Assembly: GCA_003223455.1 (NCBI GenBank)
Contig: QHVE01000014.1
Location: 63,077-127,076 of the forward strand
DNA: 64,000 nucleotides
Origin: Gemmatimonadota bacterium
GTDB lineage: Bacteria > Gemmatimonadota > Gemmatimonadetes > Gemmatimonadales > Gemmatimonadaceae
Direction of reading: 5' to 3'
The position numbers were made by a program, and so were the translations under genes. Positions 19,316 through 30,733 of the stretch are shown in pieces. Positions within the stretch are counted from its first letter, which is position 1. Each line of letters opens with the position of its first letter. The notes under the pieces were generated by a model that saw nothing but the letters and a program-made list of their open reading frames with translations, had not been told where the DNA came from and ran no database searches.

Positions 19316-19468
19316 CACTGCCTCCTGAGACTCGGGATGTGCGCGCCTCGAGGGCGCAGAGCCCCCAGGGGCAACGCACATGCCAGGGACGGCTCGCGCC
19401 GTGACCCGGCCGCGCCGTTTATCGTCGGTGGAGACGGCACCTCGCTGCCGAACTCGTCACTCCGAGTG

Positions 19469-21604
19469 ATGGCCATACCCTCCGCCTCCGCCGTCTTCTC
19501 GTCCGGCGCCGACGCCCAACACGGCGAAGGGGCGGATGGGACGTCGGCGGCGCCGACGCTCTCGCGGGAGCTCGCCGACTTCCTGATGGATCTGTCGGTC
19601 GCGATGCACAAGCACGCGATCTATCCGCCGGGCCATCCCCTCCTCGACCAGGCAGTCGATTCGGTCCACCGCGCCATCGGCCGGCTCCTCCTCGATCGCC
19701 CCGTGCTGTCGATCGGTGTCGCCCGCCGTCAGCTCATCATCGAAGGTGTCGCCACCGACTCGAGCCACCCGCTCCTCGCCGAGCTCGCGGGAAAGCTCCA
19801 CCGTCACCACATCGGCGCGGTCAAGTTCCTCCGGCAGCTGAGCCGCGCCGAGCTGAGCGACATGCTCGCCCTCGTGGGACTCGAGGTGCAGCGCGACACG
19901 AAGCCGATCGGGCTCCAGCCGGAGCTGATGAAGTCGCGCTGGTCGGACGTGAAGCTCTTTCCCCTTACGTACGACCGCCTCGAGCTGATGGACGACGACG
20001 AGCCCGAGCCCGAGGACGCGTCGACTGGCGTCATGCGGAGCGGCCAGGCGTCGCAGCTCTGGATCGGGCTCGCCCGCGCCGCGATCGCCGCCGATCAGAC
20101 CGCGCCGTCGGAGCGCGACGCGCTCGAGCCCGAGGCCGTCGCCCGCGCGATCGACATGCACGACCGGGAACAGGCGTACGACCAGGTGATCGTCGGCTAC
20201 CTGGTCCAGATCGCGCGCGAGATGAATGCGGAGGGGTCGCGCCAGACGTCCGGGCTGCAGCGCCGCATCTCCAAGCTCGTCGGCTCGCTCCAGCCGCAGA
20301 CTCTCACGCGCCTGCTCGAGATGGGCGGCGACGCGGCCCAGCGCCACCGCTTCGTGCTCGACATCTCGCAGGGGATGACGGTCGACGCCGTGGTCGAGCT
20401 CCTGCAAGCCGCCGCCGCCGTCGAAGGACAGACGATCTCGCACTCCCTCGTGCGGATGCTGACCAAGCTCGCCAGCCACGCGGCGGGACGGCAGCAGAGC
20501 GCGCGCAGTCGCGCCGCGGATGGCGCGTTCCGCGAGCATGTCGAGCGTCTCGTCGGATCCTGGTCGCTCGACGACCCGAACCCGGCCACCTACTCCGCCG
20601 CGCTGGCGCAGCTGGCGCAGACCAAGGCCACGCCCCGCGGCGACCCCGCCCCGGCGCGCTTCCAATGCGAGCCGGCGCGTATCGTCGGCGTCGCGCTCGA
20701 GATCGGCGCGTCGGGCGAGCGCGTGCGGCACGCCATCGCCGCGATGCTCGATGCGGGCCAGATCGGCGACCTGCTCGATCAGCTCAACGCAGCACCCGAT
20801 CCCAGAGGCGTCGTGGCCAGGGAGGTGTGGGCGCGGATCGCCGACCGCGATCCGCTGCGCGCGCTGCTCGGCGCCTCGCGGCTCGATCACGACGTGATTC
20901 GTCGACTCATCGCGCGCCTCGGCGCCGAGGCGGCGCCGCCCATCCTCGCCGCGCTCGAGAGCTGTCCCGAGGGGAGCCGACAGGAGCGGCTGCTCTCCTA
21001 TCTCGTCCAGGTGGGTCCACCCGGCGCCTCGGTGATCGCCGTCCAGCTCGGGCGATCGACGCCGGGGCTCACCCGCGAGCTCCTTGCCTGCCTCGCCAGG
21101 ATCGCCCCTCCGGTGCCGCCCCCCGAAGTGCGACTGTGTCGCGAGCACCCCGACCCCACCGTGCGACGCGAGGCGGTGAAGCTGCTCCTCGCGTACGACG
21201 CCACGCGGGAGTCGGCGCTGCTCGCCAGCGTGAACGACCCGGACGATCGCGTGGCCTACATCGGACTGCTCGCCGCGGGGCAGCGATGTTCCGTCAACGC
21301 CGCAGCGGTGATCCGACAGCGCATCGATAGTGGCGAGCTGGCGGATGGAACCGTGCGCGCCGCCGCGGTCCGCGCCGTGGCCAGTCTCCGTGACGAGGAA
21401 ACGCTCACGTGGATTCTCGACCGCACGCTCGCCACCGGCGGGTTGCTGCGCCGCACGCGACTCGCTCCCGTGTCTCCCGAGCTCCTCGCGTCGCTCGGTG
21501 CGCTCGCGTCGCACTGGCCCCAGGATCCGCGCGCCGCCGTCGCCATCGGGCTGGCGCGACAGAGCACCAGCGCGTCGCTCCGCGCCGCCGTGCACGCGCG
21601 ATGA
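19469..21604 (+). CDS. HEAT/armadillo-repeat protein with an N-terminal module homologous to that of the adjacent HD-GYP protein
   Basis: 711 aa from MAIPSASAVF.... The upstream 206 codons of ORF 18851..21604 overlap real minus-strand genes and are rejected. The C-terminal part has HEAT-like repeats (HPDPTVRREAVKLLLAYD, VNDPDDRVAYIGLLAAG, TVRAAAVRAVASLRDE). Confidence 0.7.
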   Translation: MAIPSASAVFSSGADAQHGEGADGTSAAPTLSRELADFLMDLSVAMHKHAIYPPGHPLLDQAVDSVHRAIGRLLLDRPVLSIGVARRQLIIEGVATDSSHPLLAELAGKLHRHHIGAVKFLRQLSRAELSDMLALVGLEVQRDTKPIGLQPELMKSRWSDVKLFPLTYDRLELMDDDEPEPEDASTGVMRSGQASQLWIGLARAAIAADQTAPSERDALEPEAVARAIDMHDREQAYDQVIVGYLVQIAREMNAEGSRQTSGLQRRISKLVGSLQPQTLTRLLEMGGDAAQRHRFVLDISQGMTVDAVVELLQAAAAVEGQTISHSLVRMLTKLASHAAGRQQSARSRAADGAFREHVERLVGSWSLDDPNPATYSAALAQLAQTKATPRGDPAPARFQCEPARIVGVALEIGASGERVRHAIAAMLDAGQIGDLLDQLNAAPDPRGVVAREVWARIADRDPLRALLGASRLDHDVIRRLIARLGAEAAPPILAALESCPEGSRQERLLSYLVQVGPPGASVIAVQLGRSTPGLTRELLACLARIAPPVPPPEVRLCREHPDPTVRREAVKLLLAYDATRESALLASVNDPDDRVAYIGLLAAGQRCSVNAAAVIRQRIDSGELADGTVRAAAVRAVASLRDEETLTWILDRTLATGGLLRRTRLAPVSPELLASLGALASHWPQDPRAAVAIGLARQSTSASLRAAVHAR

Positions 21605-22812
21605 GCGAGCCGGTCCGCTTCCTCACCTCGTTCGCCCAGTCGGTGGCGACGATGGCGCTCTACGGGCCATCGCATCCAGCGCGCAAGCGCGCCGTCGACG
21701 CATCGTACCGCATCCTGCGCGACCTCCAGACCCACGAGGCGCAGCCCGAGTTCTCCTTCCTCGGCGACGAAGTCGTCTACGGCCACCACCCGCTGCGCGA
21801 GATGCGCGACTGGGAGTGGGCGGCGCGTCTCGCCGCGTCCGGCGTGCAGCGGCTGGAGTTCGCCGCCGATGTGTCACGCGACGACTTCGAGCAATTCCTC
21901 GACGGCGTGGTCGCGCGGCTCGGCCTCTCCGCGATCGAGAGTGCCGAAGCGCGGCCGGGTGCGGCGCTCTCGTCGATCCGGTACGGCCCGCTCGGCATCC
22001 GTGGCGAAGGCCGGATCGCGCCGCTCGTCGCGCAGGACTTGCTGACGGACGCGTCCCTCACCTACGGGCTCACCGAGGAAGTCGCGACGGTGGAGTGGAT
22101 GCACGAGCAGGTGACCGCGCGCGCGCAGCTGCCGCTGCTCGAAGCGGAATCGGTGGTGCGATCGCTCGCCGTGGCGATGCACGGCGATCAGGAAATGCTC
22201 ATCCCTCTCCTCACGCTGCGCGAATTCGACGAGTACACGACGACGCACTCGCTCAACGTCGCCGTGCTGACGATGGCGCTCGCCGAGGCGATGGGGATGG
22301 GCGCGCGCGACGTGCGCGCCTTCGGCGTCGCGGGCCTGCTGCACGATCTCGGCAAGACGCGCATCCCGATCGAAGTGCTCAACAAACCGGGCAAGCTCAC
22401 CGACGACGAGCGTGCGCTGATGCAGAGCCACACGATCGAAGGGGCGCGCATCATTCTCGAGAGCGACCGCGAGCTCGATCTCGCGGCCGCGGTGGCGTAC
22501 GAGCACCACATCATGATCGACGGCGGTGGCTACCCGCACCGCCGCATCGCGCGCAAGTGCCACTGTGCGAGCGCGCTCGTGCACGTGTGCGACGTCTACG
22601 ATGCGCTGCGGACGCACCGCCCGTATCGCGCGGCATGGGAGACGGTCGCCGTGCTCGACTACCTCGAGAAGGGCGCGGGTTCCGACTTCGACCCCGATCT
22701 CGCCCGGACCTTCGTCGAGCTCATGCGCCGAATGGAAGGACGGATCGAGCACGCCACGCTGGCGGATCTCCGCGCGGGTGTGCAGGCCGAGGCCCCGGCG
22801 ACGTCTCCCTGA
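21601..22812 (+). CDS. HD-GYP domain c-di-GMP phosphodiesterase
   Basis: Contains THSLNVAVLTMALA, the HD motif GLLHDLGKTRIP, and HHIMIDGGGYP (the GYP motif). The start MSEPVRFL forms an ATGA overlap with the upstream gene. Confidence 0.9.
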   Translation: MSEPVRFLTSFAQSVATMALYGPSHPARKRAVDASYRILRDLQTHEAQPEFSFLGDEVVYGHHPLREMRDWEWAARLAASGVQRLEFAADVSRDDFEQFLDGVVARLGLSAIESAEARPGAALSSIRYGPLGIRGEGRIAPLVAQDLLTDASLTYGLTEEVATVEWMHEQVTARAQLPLLEAESVVRSLAVAMHGDQEMLIPLLTLREFDEYTTTHSLNVAVLTMALAEAMGMGARDVRAFGVAGLLHDLGKTRIPIEVLNKPGKLTDDERALMQSHTIEGARIILESDRELDLAAAVAYEHHIMIDGGGYPHRRIARKCHCASALVHVCDVYDALRTHRPYRAAWETVAVLDYLEKGAGSDFDPDLARTFVELMRRMEGRIEHATLADLRAGVQAEAPATSP

Positions 22813-22873
22813 CGGAGGGCGCTGAGGGCGTAAGCCTTCGGCGTCTGGTGATCGGACGGCCCGAGGTGCCATC

Positions 22874-23401
22874 TTGGGCACCATGGTCACTCCCGACCGG
22901 CTCGCCGTGCTGTTCAATACTTATCACGCACCGCTCGTCCGCTTTCTGACACGGCGGCTGGGGGATCGCGACGAAGCCGAGGAGATCGCGCAGGAGACGT
23001 TCGTGCGCGCCCTCAAGCAGGAGACGATCGCGAGCGAGCGATCGTGGCTGTTCGCCGTGGCGTCGAACCTCGTGCGCGACGAGGCGCGTCGAGGGGCGCG
23101 CGAGCAGAAGCGGCACGAGCTGATTCGCGCGCGAGAGGAAACGGAATCGTCGGTCGAGCCGGAGCCGACGACCATGGAGCGAGAAGAAGATCGAGCACTC
23201 GCACGCCAGGCGATCGAGATGCTCGGCGAGCGCGACCGCGATGCGCTGCTGATGCGGGAGGAAGGGCTGGGGTATGAGGAGATCGCGGAGGCGCTGGGGC
23301 TGTCCCTGGCGTCCGTGGGAACCACGCTGTCGCGAGCACGACGGCGGCTGATGGAGGCGTACGAGTCGCTGCAGCAGGAGCGCTCGGCGGAACGCACATG
23401 A
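22874..23401 (+). CDS. ECF (sigma-70 family, group IV) RNA polymerase sigma factor
   Basis: Region 2 is DEAEEIAQETFVRAL...WLFAVASNLVRDE. Region 4 is LGYEEIAEALGLSLASVGTTLSRARRRL. The true start may be ATG 22883 (MVTPDRL). Confidence 0.9.
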   Translation: MGTMVTPDRLAVLFNTYHAPLVRFLTRRLGDRDEAEEIAQETFVRALKQETIASERSWLFAVASNLVRDEARRGAREQKRHELIRAREETESSVEPEPTTMEREEDRALARQAIEMLGERDRDALLMREEGLGYEEIAEALGLSLASVGTTLSRARRRLMEAYESLQQERSAERT

Positions 23402-24723
23402 GCGACGGACCGATGGACGCGGGCACGACGCAGCATCCCGAGGAGGGGCTGATCCACGCGTGGCTGGATGAAGCCCTCAGCGCGGCGGAGGCGGAGCGTC
23501 TCGCGGCGCACGTGCGGACGTGCGTCGCATGCCAGGCGCGCGTCGCTGAGGCGCGCGGATTGATCGCCGGGGCGTCGCGCGTCGTCGCCGAGCTCGACGA
23601 CGTGCCGGCGGCGACGCGGCCCGCCTGGGCGCAGAGCGCGCTCGCCGACGGCGGTGGAGCGGACGGCGCGCCTTCCGCCGCTGGGTCTGCCGGTCCGGCG
23701 GCTCAACGGTCGCTCTGGCGGTGGCTCCGGGTCACCCCGGGGCGCGCCGCGCTCGCCGCGACGATCGTCGTCGCGGTCGGGATCACGCTGACGTACGACC
23801 GGGCCGCCATGGACTCGACTCCTCGCTCCACGATGGCGACGTTCGACCCTCAGAAGGCCGACGCGCCCGCGACCACCAGTCCAGAAGGAGAGGCGAGCAA
23901 CGCGGCGAAGCCGCGCGACGCGCTGCTCGATTCGGCCGTCGCCCGAAACCTGGCGATGGCGCAGGGCCGGCGGACCGTCGGGGCAGCGCCCGGTCCGAAT
24001 GTGCCGAATGCCCCGCCGCCCAGCGCCACGCCCCAGCTTCCGGTGGGTGCGGCTGGGGAGGAGGTGGCGCTGGGCCGCGCGCAGGTGCAGGCCCAGCGGG
24101 AGTCGGCCGGGATCGCCGCCGACCGCTCGCGGACGAAGATCGGGGGCGCGGCGGCGGCGACGCAGGCACCGACGACGCTCGGACTGCCTGCTCGACCGGC
24201 CGCGGCGGGTGCACTGGAGCAGACAGCGCGAAGAGACGCCATGATGGCGAAAAAGAGCGCTGATGCTGTCGCGAAAAGCTGCGTGCTCCTGAACAGTCCG
24301 GATAGCGACGCGCGCTGGGCCGATCTGGCCTTTCCGATGGTCGTGGCGCTCGATTCCGGCCTGGCGGACAGGCCTCGGCAAGCATCCGTGCTGACGCCGG
24401 CGGGCGAGCCGACGTCGCTCCGCGCCACGTGGAGCCCGCGCGGCGACAGCATCGTGGTCCAACTCCGCCGGATCGGCTACTCGGGTTCGATCGTGCTCGG
24501 ACCGGATGCGGGCGCGCGATCCGGGATCGCGGTCTCCGCCGCCGCGCCGACGATGCTCGAGGAGGTCGCGGTGGGGGAGCCGTCGGCACCGGCGCGCGCG
24601 GAAGCTCCCCGTGCGGATTCGCGTAAAGCCGCCGCCGCGGCGCCACGGCCCACACCGCCAGCGGGTCCGCCCATCCGCCAGCTTCGTGTGACGGCCCGCA
24701 GCGTGGTCTGCCCGGCGCACTAG
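23398..24723 (+). CDS. anti-sigma factor (zf-HC2 N-terminus, single TM, Ala/Pro-rich extracytoplasmic part)
   Basis: Contains AAHVRTCVACQARV (an HxxxCxxC zinc-binding anti-sigma motif) and a TM segment (AALAATIVVAVGITL). ATGA overlap with the sigma factor gene. Confidence 0.75.
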   Translation: MSDGPMDAGTTQHPEEGLIHAWLDEALSAAEAERLAAHVRTCVACQARVAEARGLIAGASRVVAELDDVPAATRPAWAQSALADGGGADGAPSAAGSAGPAAQRSLWRWLRVTPGRAALAATIVVAVGITLTYDRAAMDSTPRSTMATFDPQKADAPATTSPEGEASNAAKPRDALLDSAVARNLAMAQGRRTVGAAPGPNVPNAPPPSATPQLPVGAAGEEVALGRAQVQAQRESAGIAADRSRTKIGGAAAATQAPTTLGLPARPAAAGALEQTARRDAMMAKKSADAVAKSCVLLNSPDSDARWADLAFPMVVALDSGLADRPRQASVLTPAGEPTSLRATWSPRGDSIVVQLRRIGYSGSIVLGPDAGARSGIAVSAAAPTMLEEVAVGEPSAPARAEAPRADSRKAAAAAPRPTPPAGPPIRQLRVTARSVVCPAH

Positions 24724-24790
24724 GCGCCACGCGCGGGCGCCACCACCGACGGGCCTGGATGTTGCGCCTCCCACGACTGATATGATGAAC

Positions 24791-24819
24791 CCGTCAGCGT
24801 AGCGACAGCAAGCTGACGG
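24791..24819 (+). terminator. hairpin followed by an A/T-rich tract downstream of the sigma/anti-sigma operon
   Basis: CCGTCAGC (24791-24798) and GCTGACGG (24812-24819) form an 8-bp stem with a 13-nt loop. It is followed by TAATAAGAATATTGGATTATTAT. Confidence 0.35.
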
Positions 24820-24901
24820 TAATAAGAATATTGGATTATTATGGCGTCACCATAGAGCCGTTAAGAAGACGCCTACGCGACATACACGAAACACCGGTTC
24901 G

Positions 24902-26539
<1,638 letters not shown>

Positions 26540-26543
<4 letters not shown>

Positions 26544-28549
26544 CGCTGCCGCCGGTGATGGAGCTGCTCGAGCAGGAGATCTCGCGCCCCTCCGGGTGGA
26601 CGCTGCGGCGGGGCGCGCTCCTGCGTCAGGAAGGGGTGACGTTCAAGGTGTGGGCGCCGCGCGCGAAGGAGGTGGTGGTGCACGTCGCGGGGGGCGCTGC
26701 CGCGGGAGAGCATCCGCTCACGCGCGTGGAGGACGAGCGCGGGGTGTGGTCGGCGCTCGTGCCCAACGTCGTCGCCGGCGATCGCTACGGCTTCCGCATC
26801 GACGGCGGGACGCCGCTCCCCGATCCGGTGAGCCGCTCGCAGCCGGACGGCGTGCACGGATTGTCGGAAGTGATCGACCCGACACAATTCGCCTGGCAGG
26901 ATGGCAATTGGGGCGGGATGAGCCTGCCCGACTTCGTCATCTACGAGCTGCACGTCGGCACGTTCACCCCCGAGGGAACGTTCGACGCGATCATTCCGCG
27001 GCTCGGCCAGCTGGCGGCGCTCGGCATCACGGCGATCGAGATCATGCCGGTGGCGGAGTTTCCCGGCGCGCGAAACTGGGGCTACGACGGCGTGCACCTC
27101 TACGCACCGCACCACGCGTACGGCGGACCCGAAGCGCTGCGCCGCCTCGTGAACGCGGCGCACCAGCACGGGCTCGGCGTGGTGCTCGACGTCGTGTACA
27201 ACCACGTGGGCCCCGAGGGGAACTACCTCGACCAGTTCGGGCCGTACTTCACCGACGTCTATCGCACGCCGTGGGGACGCGCCGTGAACTACGACGGTCC
27301 GGGCAGCGACGCCGTGCGGCGATGGGCGCACGACAACGCGATGTACTGGATCTGCGAGTTCCACGTCGACGCGCTCCGGCTCGATGCGGTGCAGGGGATC
27401 TTCGACTTCGGTGCGCTCGCGTTTCTGGAGGAGCTGTCGGACGAGGTGCACGAGCTCGGACGCCGCATGGGGCGCAAGGTGCAGCTCATGGCGGAGAGCG
27501 ATCTGAACGACCCGCGGCTGATCCGTCCCCCCGAGCACGGGGGCTACGGCGTCGACGCGCAGTGGGCGGACGACGTGCACCACACCATCCACGCGACGCT
27601 CACCGGCGAGCGACACGGCTACTATCAGGACTTCCAGGGGATCGCGACGATCGCGGACGTGTATCGTGAGCCGTTCTTCTACTCCTGGCGCTACGCACCG
27701 CACCGCGACCGCATGCATGGTCGCTCGTCGGCCGGTGTGCCGCGCCAGCGGTTCATCGTCTGTGCGCAGAACCACGACCAGGTCGGAAACCGTCCACTGG
27801 GCGAGCGACTGGCCTCGCTCGTTCCGGCGGAGCGCCAGCGGCTCGCGGCGGCGCTGGTGCTCCTGTCCCCCTACATTCCGTTGTTGTTCATGGGGGAGGA
27901 GTACGGTGAGACGGCGCCCTTCCTGTATTTCATCGAGCACGGCGATCCGGCGCTCGTGGAAGCGGTGCGGGCGGGCCGCCGGCGGGAGTTCGAAGCGCTC
28001 GGGCAGACCGCCGCCGCACAGATCGATCCCCAGTCGGAGGAGACGTTCGCCCGCGTGAAGCTGGACTGGGACCGCCGCGAGTCTCCCTCGGGCGCGCAAC
28101 TGCTCGCGCTGTACATGGACCTGCTCGCGCTTCGCCGCGAGGAGCCAACCCTCAAGCCCGGAGCCAGCGTGGTGCATGTCGAGGGATCGACCGCCTGGTG
28201 CACCCAGCTCCGATCCATGCCGCTGCAGGGAGACATCTTCGATGCGGTGCGCGCCCAGCGCACGCTGTGGTGCGCGTTCAACGCCACGGGTCGGCCGCAG
28301 GACGTGCCCGTGCCGGCCGAGGCACCGTGGGGATGGCGGCTCCGGCTCTCGACCGACGAGCCGACCTACGGCGGCGTGGGGCTCACGACGGCGATCGTGC
28401 CGCCGGCCGATCAGGTGCCAGCCCCCGACTCGCCGAAGCGACTGCTCACCGCGGCGCGACCGACCGAGCACCGTGCGCGCACGGTGCGGCTCGCGCCCTG
28501 GAGCGCCGCGGTCTACGTGCGCGACTTCGAAGACGGGAGCAGCACGTGA
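26540..28549 (+). CDS. treZ: malto-oligosyltrehalose trehalohydrolase
   Basis: Contains FKVWAP..., [57 protein letters not shown] and [15 protein letters not shown] overlap with treS. Confidence 0.9.
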
Positions 28550-30726
28550 CGCTCCGCATCTGGCCCGGTCGTCCCTATCCGCTCGGCGCAACGTGGGACG
28601 GCACGGGGGTGAACTTCGCCCTGTTCTCAGAGAACGCCACCGGCGTGGAGCTCTGCCTGTTCCGCAACGATCAGGACGCGGAAGCCGCGGCGACGATCAA
28701 GCTCACAGAGCGCACCGACCAGGTGTGGCACTGCTTCCTGCCGGACGTCCGACCGGGCCAGTACTACGGCTATCGCGTGTACGGTCCGTACGACCCGGAG
28801 CGCGGCCACCGCTTCAACCCGAACAAGCTGCTGATCGACCCGTACGCCAAGGCGATCACCGGCGCGATCACGTGGAGCAACCACCTCTTCGCGTACAAGG
28901 TGGGCGGGCCGCGCGAGGACCTCGACCCGGACCCGGTGAACTCGGCCGGGGGCGTGCCGAAGTCGGTGGTGATCGACTCCGCCTTCACGTGGGAGGGTGA
29001 CCGGCCGCTCAGCGTGCCGTACAACCGCACGATCATCTACGAGTGCCACGTGAAGGGGATGACGATGCAGCATCCCGACGTGCCACCCGAGCTGCGCGGC
29101 ACGTATCTCGGCCTCTGCAGCGACCCGATGATCGAGTACTTCCAGTCACTCGGCATCACGGCGCTCGAGCTCCTGCCGGTGCATCAGTCCGTCGTCGACC
29201 GGCATCTCGCCGAACGCGGGCTGACGAACTACTGGGGCTACAACTCCATCGGGTACTTCGCTCCCGACGTGCGCTTCGCCACGCGCGGCCTCGGCAACCA
29301 GGTCTACGAGTTCAAGACCATGGTGAAGACGCTGCACGCCGGGGGGCTCGAGGTGATCCTCGACGTCGTGTACAACCACACGGGCGAGGGAAACCATCTC
29401 GGGCCGACACTCTCGCTCAAGGGGATCGACAACTGCGCCTACTATCGGCTCGAGGCGGACAACCTCCGCTTCTACACCGATTTCACCGGCACGGGCAACT
29501 CGCTGAACATGCGCCACCCGCGGACGATCCAGCTCGTGATGGACTCGCTCCGCTACTGGGTGAAGGAGATGCACGTCGACGGCTTCCGGTTCGACCTCGC
29601 ACCCGTGCTGGCGCGCGAGCTCTACGACGTGGACAAGCTGTCGGCGTTCTTCGACATCATGCAGCAGGATCCGACGCTGGCCGACGTGAAGCTGATCGCC
29701 GAGCCGTGGGACGTCGGACCTGGCGGCTACCAGGTGGGCAACTTCCCGGTGCGCTGGACGGAATGGAACGGCAAGTACCGCGACGCGGTGCGTAAGTTCT
29801 GGAAGGGGGAGAAGGAGCAGGTGCCGGAGATGGCGAGCCGCATCGCGGGGTCGAGCGACATCTTCTCGGCGAGCGACCGCGGCGTGTACGCGAGCATCAA
29901 CTTCATCACGGCGCACGACGGCTACACCCTGCGCGACCTCGTGAGCTACGAGCAGAAGCACAACGAAGCGAACGGCGAGGGCAACCAGGATGGCCACAAC
30001 GACAACATCAGCCGCAACTGGGGCGCCGAGGGAGAGGTCGACGATCCGGAGATCATCGAGCTCCGCTATCGGCTGATGCGCACCTTTCTCGCGACGCTGG
30101 CGTTCTCGCAGGGAGTGCCGATGCTGGCGCACGGCGACGAGATCGCGCGCACGCAGCAGGGGAACAACAATGCCTACGCCCAGGACAACGAGCTCACCTG
30201 GATGCCGTGGAACCTCACCGAGGAGCAGAAGCAGCTCCAGGCATTCACCCGGAAGCTGCTCGCGCTCCGGCAGGCACACCCCGTGCTGCGGCGTCGTCAC
30301 TTTTTCCGGGGCGCGCTGCTCGCGGGATCCAAGCGGAAGGACGTGACGTGGCTGCGCCCCGACGGCAAGGAGATGAAGCAGACGGACTGGGGCAACGCGG
30401 CCCACTGCTTCGGCATGCTGATCGACGGCATGGCGACGGACGAGGTCGACGACCGCGGGCATGTGGTCTCCGGCGACACGCTGCTCCTCCTGCTGAACGG
30501 CGGCGAGACGCCGGTGCGGTTCACCCTGCCCGCGCTCGGCGAGATGAAGATCTGGGTGGTGATGGTGGATACGGCGAAGCACGAGCTGCCGGTCGTGCGG
30601 CGCGGGCGCGTGATCGTGGACCCGCACACGCTAATGCTGCTGCGCTACGGCACGGACCGCCGGATCGCGACGAGCGCCGACGTGCGGCATGATCCGCTCA
30701 CGCCGAAGGAGCAACACACACCATGA
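28546..30726 (+). CDS. glgX: glycogen debranching enzyme (isoamylase-type)
   Basis: Contains [77 protein letters not shown] and [10 protein letters not shown]. The GTG start forms a GTGA overlap with treZ. Confidence 0.9.
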   Translation: MTLRIWPGRPYPLGATWDGTGVNFALFSENATGVELCLFRNDQDAEAAATIKLTERTDQVWHCFLPDVRPGQYYGYRVYGPYDPERGHRFNPNKLLIDPYAKAITGAITWSNHLFAYKVGGPREDLDPDPVNSAGGVPKSVVIDSAFTWEGDRPLSVPYNRTIIYECHVKGMTMQHPDVPPELRGTYLGLCSDPMIEYFQSLGITALELLPVHQSVVDRHLAERGLTNYWGYNSIGYFAPDVRFATRGLGNQVYEFKTMVKTLHAGGLEVILDVVYNHTGEGNHLGPTLSLKGIDNCAYYRLEADNLRFYTDFTGTGNSLNMRHPRTIQLVMDSLRYWVKEMHVDGFRFDLAPVLARELYDVDKLSAFFDIMQQDPTLADVKLIAEPWDVGPGGYQVGNFPVRWTEWNGKYRDAVRKFWKGEKEQVPEMASRIAGSSDIFSASDRGVYASINFITAHDGYTLRDLVSYEQKHNEANGEGNQDGHNDNISRNWGAEGEVDDPEIIELRYRLMRTFLATLAFSQGVPMLAHGDEIARTQQGNNNAYAQDNELTWMPWNLTEEQKQLQAFTRKLLALRQAHPVLRRRHFFRGALLAGSKRKDVTWLRPDGKEMKQTDWGNAAHCFGMLIDGMATDEVDDRGHVVSGDTLLLLLNGGETPVRFTLPALGEMKIWVVMVDTAKHELPVVRRGRVIVDPHTLMLLRYGTDRRIATSADVRHDPLTPKEQHTP

Positions 30727-30733
30727 GCGATCT

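Noticed and set aside
18851-19468. N-terminal 206 codons of the longest ORF 18851..21604
   Set aside because: This stretch overlaps the arsR promoter, a perfect palindrome and the well-signalled minus-strand gene 18941-19315. Its sequence (PGGLWWRRGGLLPAVPLARVRAV...) is shadow-like. The HEAT protein is started at ATG 19469 instead.
22858-22885. GGTGCC-ATCTTG-GGCACC hairpin overlapping the ECF sigma factor start (TTG 22874 / ATG 22883)
   Set aside because: The stem is 6 bp and may simply reflect codon content. There is not enough evidence for a regulatory role, but it is one reason the ATG at 22883 may be the true start.
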